Source: Rhodothermales bacterium (GTDB lineage: Bacteria; Bacteroidota; Rhodothermia; Rhodothermales; Bin80). Taken from it: DNA of 64,000 nucleotides. Where the stretch lies: contig JAJEDR010000009.1 in NCBI GenBank assembly GCA_022821385.1, positions 4,884 to 68,883 on the forward strand, in the 5' to 3' direction. The position numbers and the translations under genes are program-made. Shown here in pieces: positions 58,941-64,000 of this stretch. The notes below the pieces were generated by a model. It searched no databases. It was not told the DNA's origin and worked only from the letters and a program-made list of their open reading frames with translations. Position 1 is the first letter of the stretch. Each line of letters starts with the position of its first letter.

Positions 58941-60131
58941 TTATGCTGCTGCAGACTTGGCATAGACGCGGAGTTTATCTACTGCATCCAGTTGCTCCCA
59001 TGGAAAGTTGTTGCGACCGAAATGACCATAAGCAGCAGTCTTCTGGTAGATGGGCTGTTTGAGTCTAAGGTCACTGATGATGCCCGCTGGACTCAAATCA
59101 AATGTCTCCTGTATGATTTCCGTCAAATCGCTATCCGAGAGTCCATATTTCACGGTACCGGACGAGTTAACATGGATGGAGACCGGCTCGGGTTTGGCGA
59201 TTACGTAGGCGAGTTGGATTTCAACCATTTCGGCTAAACCGGCTGCCACCAGATTCTTGGCAACATAGCGTGCGGCATACGCAGCCGAACGATCCACTTT
59301 TGATGGGTCTTTCCCACTAAAAGCGCCGCCTCCGTGGGCACCCCGTCCGCCATAAGTATCCACGATAATCTTGCGGCCGGTCAGTCCGGCGTCGGCATGT
59401 GGTCCGCCGATCACAAACTGTCCCGTACGGTTGACATAGAGTATAAACTCATTGTCATTGAAGCGGGGATGAATAACACGCGGTAGCAGATGCGCTTTTA
59501 TATCCGCCCTGATTTTGTCCTGTTCAACATCGGCATCATGCTGTGTGGCTATAACTATGGTGTGGATCCGTTGCGGGATTGTTCCTGTTCGGTCATACTG
59601 AACTGTTACCTGACTTTTCGAGTCCGGTCGCAGGTACGGCATAATAGATTCATGCTTGCGTATCTGGGCCAGTTCTTGTACGAGTTGGTGGGCGTACATT
59701 AGGGGCAGTGGCATGAATGACGAATCGTGTTCGCGGCAGGCAAACCCGAACATCATGCCTTGATCCCCTGCACCTTGATCCCCTGCGCACTGATCCCCTG
59801 CCCCCTGACCTTTGATTCCCTCGGATATATCTTTACTTTGCTCATGAATGTGATCGGTCACGCAAACCGAGTCGGCAGCAAAGTTCAGATCAGGGTAGGT
59901 ATACCCAATCTGGCGAATAACTTTACGCACCACTGCTTCGTGGTCCACCTGTGCCTTAGCGAGGGTTTCGCCGGCCAGAATGACATTATTGGAGGTAACC
60001 ATTGTTTCAACAGCGACATGGCTGCATTCATCCTGTCTCAGGTATTCGTCCAGAATGGCATCCGAGATTTGGTCTGCAACCTTGTCCGGGTGTCCCTCGG
60101 ACACAGACTCAGATGTAAATAAGTAGGCCAT
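58941..60131 (-). CDS. metK: S-adenosylmethionine synthetase (with a 10-aa in-frame insertion repeating the GAGDQ motif)
   Basis: Contains FTSESVSEGHPDK, GAGDQG, GGPHADAGLTGRKIIVDTYGG, GGGAFSGKDPSKVDRS and TAAYGHFGR. Confidence 0.95.
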   Translation of the reverse strand: MAYLFTSESVSEGHPDKVADQISDAILDEYLRQDECSHVAVETMVTSNNVILAGETLAKAQVDHEAVVRKVIRQIGYTYPDLNFAADSVCVTDHIHEQSKDISEGIKGQGAGDQCAGDQGAGDQGMMFGFACREHDSSFMPLPLMYAHQLVQELAQIRKHESIMPYLRPDSKSQVTVQYDRTGTIPQRIHTIVIATQHDADVEQDKIRADIKAHLLPRVIHPRFNDNEFILYVNRTGQFVIGGPHADAGLTGRKIIVDTYGGRGAHGGGAFSGKDPSKVDRSAAYAARYVAKNLVAAGLAEMVEIQLAYVIAKPEPVSIHVNSSGTVKYGLSDSDLTEIIQETFDLSPAGIISDLRLKQPIYQKTAAYGHFGRNNFPWEQLDAVDKLRVYAKSAAA

Positions 60132-60315
60132 TTAGTGTAACATGTATGCAAAAGAGACTAGAACCGTTATGCGGTATGTCTGGTTCAACCGGGGCAATTT
60201 GCGGTTCAACTCACCAAACTGCAAAAATTTCACGTTTTTGCCGTAATTTGGCGTTTCGGCGCTTTTTGAGTTAGTGCGCCGTGCATTCTTTTCATCAAGA
60301 CAAAAGAAAATAACA

Positions 60316-60552
60316 ATGGCAGGATTGAAAGATCGGGTCAAGGCAATTGTAGCGGACAAGTTAGGCGTGGACGAGGACAGCATTCAGGAGAGTGCCTCCT
60401 TCACCGACGACCTTGGAGCAGACTCCCTTGATACCGTCGAATTGATCATGGAGTTTGAGAAAGAGTTTGACATAAGTATCCCGGATGAGGATGCTGAGAC
60501 GATCGCTACTGTTGGAAAGGCGATAGAGTACCTCGCCGCAAAGGCTGGTTGA
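60316..60552 (+). CDS. acpP: acyl carrier protein
   Basis: Contains the phosphopantetheine site [16 protein letters not shown]. The ATG at 60316 gives the typical 78-aa size. Confidence 0.95.
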   Translation: MAGLKDRVKAIVADKLGVDEDSIQESASFTDDLGADSLDTVELIMEFEKEFDISIPDEDAETIATVGKAIEYLAAKAG

Positions 60553-60577
60553 GGACTCCATACCGGGCACTTTAGGC

Positions 60578-61843
60578 ATGACCACTTCACATAAATCGCG
60601 TCGTGTCGTAGTGACGGGGATGGGGGCGCTGACCCCACTGGGGCATTCTCCAGATGTCTTCTGGGAAGGGTTGATGGAGGGTAAGAGTGGAGCAGCACCC
60701 ATCACCCACTTCGACACAGAGAACTTCGCTACCAAATTTGCTTGCGAGGTAAAGGGATTTGATCCTTTCGATCATTTGGATCGGAGGGAAGCGCGGAAGA
60801 TGGATCCGTTTGCCCAGTACGCGGTGGCTGCAGCTGAGCAGGCAGTGGAGCATTCGGGTTTGGAGCCGGATAAGATGTCGCAGGACGAACGGGATCGGAC
60901 TGCCGTGGTCATCGGTAGCGGGATCGGGGGACTCCAGGTTTTTCATGAGCAGACGGAAAGCTACATCAAGCATGGCCCCCGACGTATTTCCCCGTTCTTT
61001 ATTCCGAAGCTGATTCCAGATATTGTCAGCGGGCATGTTTCGATTCGTTACGGATTCCGCGGCCCCAATTACTGTGTAGTCAGTGCTTGCGCTACGGGTA
61101 ATAACAATATCAGTGATGTGTTCATGATGATGCAGCGTGGTATGATTGATGCGGCACTGTGTGGCGGGGCTGAAGCTGCAATCAGTGAGTTGGGGATCGG
61201 AGGCTTTAACGCACTCCGGGCGCTCTCGACACGTAATGATGATCCTGCGACGGCCAGTCGACCATTCGATAAAACCCGCGATGGGTTCGTGCTTGGTGAG
61301 GGAGCTGGGGTTCTTGTGATTGAATCGCTCGAGCGTGCACAGGCCCGCGGAGCAAACATTTATGCCGAAATCATTGGGATTGGTATGAGTGCTGATGCCA
61401 ATCATATAACGGCCCCTGACCCGAACGGGCATGGCGCAATGCTAGCAATGCGCAATATGCTGGCGGACGCACATCTGAAGCCTGAAGATGTTGATTACCT
61501 CAATATGCACGGGACCGCTACGCCACTAGGAGATATCGCAGAGACCAACTCTGTAAAAAAGGTCTTTGGCGCGCACGCCTACGAGATGAATGTCTCGTCC
61601 ACCAAGAGTATGACTGGACATTTGCTCGGTGCGGCAGGAGCGGTTGAGGCTATCGCAACGATCCAAGCGATCCGTAATGATGTCGTGCCTCCGACGATAA
61701 ATTTCGTCACACCAGATCCAGACTGTGATCTGAACTACACGTTCAATAAGCCGCAGAAACGTCGAATAGATGTAGCGGTGTCCAATGCGTTTGGCTTCGG
61801 CGGCCACAATACTTCGGTAGCCTTCCGAAAATTCGTGGCCTGA
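60578..61843 (+). CDS. fabF: beta-ketoacyl-ACP synthase II
   Basis: Contains RVVVTGMG, the active-site Cys in VSACATG, HGTATPLGD, SMTGHLLGAAG and NAFGFGGHN. Confidence 0.95.
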   Translation: MTTSHKSRRVVVTGMGALTPLGHSPDVFWEGLMEGKSGAAPITHFDTENFATKFACEVKGFDPFDHLDRREARKMDPFAQYAVAAAEQAVEHSGLEPDKMSQDERDRTAVVIGSGIGGLQVFHEQTESYIKHGPRRISPFFIPKLIPDIVSGHVSIRYGFRGPNYCVVSACATGNNNISDVFMMMQRGMIDAALCGGAEAAISELGIGGFNALRALSTRNDDPATASRPFDKTRDGFVLGEGAGVLVIESLERAQARGANIYAEIIGIGMSADANHITAPDPNGHGAMLAMRNMLADAHLKPEDVDYLNMHGTATPLGDIAETNSVKKVFGAHAYEMNVSSTKSMTGHLLGAAGAVEAIATIQAIRNDVVPPTINFVTPDPDCDLNYTFNKPQKRRIDVAVSNAFGFGGHNTSVAFRKFVA

Positions 61844-61872
61844 GCCGGGCGCTAAACCCGACCAATAGGTTC

Positions 61873-64000
61873 ATGAATATTCGTCCCTGGTTTTTCTTTT
61901 TCCTGACTGGTTTGATCTGCGTTACCACAGCGCAGGCACAGGAGTGGGATGTTTCGGCAGAGCATGGTCCAGTCAGCATTGCCCAGTTCACGGTTAGCGA
62001 AGGAACATGGATGAATTTGGACGTGAGTCCAGACGGACAAACCATCGTGTTCGATCTCCTGGGAGACTTGTATACGCTACCGATTGACGGCGGCGAGGCC
62101 CAGGCACTTACCAGTGGGCCTGCATTCGACGTGCAGCCACGCTTCAGTCCGGAGGGTGGCCGGATAGCATTTACGAGTGATCGGGGTGGAGGGGACAATT
62201 TGTGGACAATGGCCGTAGATGGAACCGATCTGCAGCAGGTTACCAAGGAAGATTTCCGCCTTTTGAATGGACCTGCCTGGACTCCCGACGGGGAATACTT
62301 GCTCGGACGCAAACATTTCACCAGTACACGGTCACTGGGAGCAGGTGAGGTCTGGATGTATCACATAAGCGGAGGCGCAGGCCTGCAACTCACAAAACGC
62401 AAGAATGACCAACAGGACCAGGGCAATGATATTGCTGTGAGCCCCTCCGGCCGCTATGTCTATTTCAGCGAAGATATGAGTGGTGGCAGCACGTTCCAGT
62501 ATAACAAGGATCCTCATGGGCAGATCTATGTGATTAGACGGCTGGATCGTCAGACAGGGCGCATAACCAACCTAATTACCGGAAGCGGAGGGGCTGTACG
62601 GGCACAGCCGTCGCCGGACGGGCGGTGGATTGCTTTTGTGCGTCGTGTACGTTCCAAGAGTGTGCTGTATCTGTATGACCGCCAGACAGGTGCCCAGCGG
62701 CCCCTTTTTGACGGGCTCAGTCATGATCAGCAGGAGGCTTGGGCGATTTTTGGAGTTTATCCGGGCTTTGACTGGACGCCAGATTCCAAGAGTATCGTTA
62801 TCTGGGCCAAGGGCCGCTTGTACCGTGTTGGGGTTGAGTCAAGTACGGTTACACTGATTCCATTCACGGCTAATGTAGAGCAGCGTATAGCGGCTACGGT
62901 GCGTTATCCCCAGTCTGTGCATGCGGAATCGTTTGACGTAAAGATGATCAGGCAGGCTGTTACTTCACCGGATAATCAGACGCTGGTGTTCAATGCATTG
63001 GGCCAGCTGTGGAGGAAGTCATTGCCGGACAGCGAGCCCGTACGGTTGACCGAAGATGATCATTTTGAGCACGAGCCTGAATTCAGTACAGATGGCCAAT
63101 ATGTCGTTTACACCACGTGGAGCGATGCGACACTCGGACACATCTATCGCGTTCCCTTGAACGGTGGCACTCCTGAGCGGCTCACAGAGCGTCCAGGCTA
63201 CTATCATACACCCCGTTACAGTCCAGATGGTTCGAAGATTGTTTATCGCCGAGGTACAGGGAATTCGCTTCTGGGTTACCTGCACGGTACAGAGCCGGGA
63301 CTGTACTGGATGCCTGCTGCTGGAGGTGAACCACAGCTTATCCGGGAAGATGGCCGAGAGCCCCGCTTCGATGTTACCGGTGAGCGGATATATTTTTTGT
63401 CTGGAGGTGGCCTGAACAAGTCCTACCGCAGTGTTCAGTTGAGCGGCGCCGATGAGCGCACACATTATACGCTCAAATACGTGACCAACGTAGTGCCGAG
63501 TCCAGACGGTAACTGGGTCGCGTTCTCGGATCTTTTCAATGTGTATATCGCTCCTCATGTTGAAACCGGCTCTGCGGTCGCGTTGAACAAAGAGACAAAA
63601 GCCATTCCGATCTCGAGGGTGACTCGAGACGCAGGCACCAGCTTACACTGGTCTGCAGATAGTCAGGAGCTCTACTGGGTGCTGGGGCCGGAGTACTATG
63701 CGCGCGATTTGGCTAACAGTTTTTCTTTTGTGACCGGGGCCCCGGACTCCTTACCGCCCGCAGACACAGTCGGAGTGACGGTCGGGCTGCGCTCGCAGGT
63801 GGATCAGCCGTCCGGCCGGATAGCATTTACAGGGGCCAGGATCGTGACGATGCGGGGAGACGAAGTGATTGATCAGGGTACGGTGGTGGTAGATGGGGCA
63901 CATATTGTCGCGGTTGGCGAGAATGTGGAAGTGCCAGATAATGCACTGGTTGTTGATGCATCGGGGAAGACGATTATTCCCGGCATTATTGATGCGCATG
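61873..64000 (+). CDS. TolB-like beta-propeller / amidohydrolase fusion protein (3' partial, runs off the window)
   Basis: This frame is not in the ORF track because no stop is reached. It reads open from the ATG at 61873 to the window end. It has a signal peptide (ICVTTAQAQ) and repeated SPDG propeller motifs. The sequence ends with GKTIIPGIIDAH, the start of a metal-dependent amidohydrolase domain. Confidence 0.8.
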   Translation, partial: MNIRPWFFFFLTGLICVTTAQAQEWDVSAEHGPVSIAQFTVSEGTWMNLDVSPDGQTIVFDLLGDLYTLPIDGGEAQALTSGPAFDVQPRFSPEGGRIAFTSDRGGGDNLWTMAVDGTDLQQVTKEDFRLLNGPAWTPDGEYLLGRKHFTSTRSLGAGEVWMYHISGGAGLQLTKRKNDQQDQGNDIAVSPSGRYVYFSEDMSGGSTFQYNKDPHGQIYVIRRLDRQTGRITNLITGSGGAVRAQPSPDGRWIAFVRRVRSKSVLYLYDRQTGAQRPLFDGLSHDQQEAWAIFGVYPGFDWTPDSKSIVIWAKGRLYRVGVESSTVTLIPFTANVEQRIAATVRYPQSVHAESFDVKMIRQAVTSPDNQTLVFNALGQLWRKSLPDSEPVRLTEDDHFEHEPEFSTDGQYVVYTTWSDATLGHIYRVPLNGGTPERLTERPGYYHTPRYSPDGSKIVYRRGTGNSLLGYLHGTEPGLYWMPAAGGEPQLIREDGREPRFDVTGERIYFLSGGGLNKSYRSVQLSGADERTHYTLKYVTNVVPSPDGNWVAFSDLFNVYIAPHVETGSAVALNKETKAIPISRVTRDAGTSLHWSADSQELYWVLGPEYYARDLANSFSFVTGAPDSLPPADTVGVTVGLRSQVDQPSGRIAFTGARIVTMRGDEVIDQGTVVVDGAHIVAVGENVEVPDNALVVDASGKTIIPGIIDAH

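Noticed and set aside
60587-61432. 281-aa minus-strand ORF
   Set aside because: It is antisense to fabF, whose identity is unambiguous.
61743-62321. 192-aa minus-strand ORF, together with the 179-aa ORF at 63019-63558
   Set aside because: Both are antisense to the long open frame starting at 61873, the TolB-like/amidohydrolase protein, which has clear repeated SPDG propeller motifs.

Overview
The window is a 64-kb chromosomal segment of roughly 50% GC by eye. It most likely comes from an FCB-group bacterium (Bacteroidota, Balneolota or Rhodothermota-like). That guess rests on a T9SS C-terminal sorting domain, a CarboxypepD_reg-type TonB receptor paired with DUF4249, and a GldA/GldF-like ABC pair. 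All calls come from reading the ORF translations and the DNA by eye; no searches were run.

The backbone is housekeeping: icd, the pyruvate dehydrogenase genes E1alpha/E1beta/E2, ahcY, metK, acpP-fabF, rnd, a 7Fe ferredoxin, an FprA-type ferredoxin reductase, tRNA-Pro(CGG) and tRNA-Gln(CUG). There are also envelope and uptake genes: two TonB-dependent receptors, an OmpA-family protein, a large beta-barrel/coiled-coil protein, a sulfatase, a GH88-like hydrolase and a 1357-aa T9SS metalloprotease.

The most unusual content is:
1. A tightly packed six-gene minus-strand cluster at 38.4-48.7 kb. The order is YVTN beta-propeller, DUF58, BatA_N+VWA, DUF4175, VWA+GATase1-like, then a caspase/legumain-fold protein. 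It resembles Bat/MoxR-type operons but has no MoxR ATPase next to DUF58.
2. An array of about 12 units of an 11-bp repeat at 49.0-49.1 kb, just upstream of that cluster.
3. A decayed accessory stretch at 35.5-38.4 kb, containing a DUF3800 gene with an in-frame TAG, a P-loop remnant and a frameshifted HEXXH protease fragment.
4. A class II Fic gene flanked by a duplicated AT-rich palindromic element.
5. An in-frame triplication of the catalytic GAGDQ motif inside metK.

No CRISPR array, rRNA, integrase or transposase was recognised.
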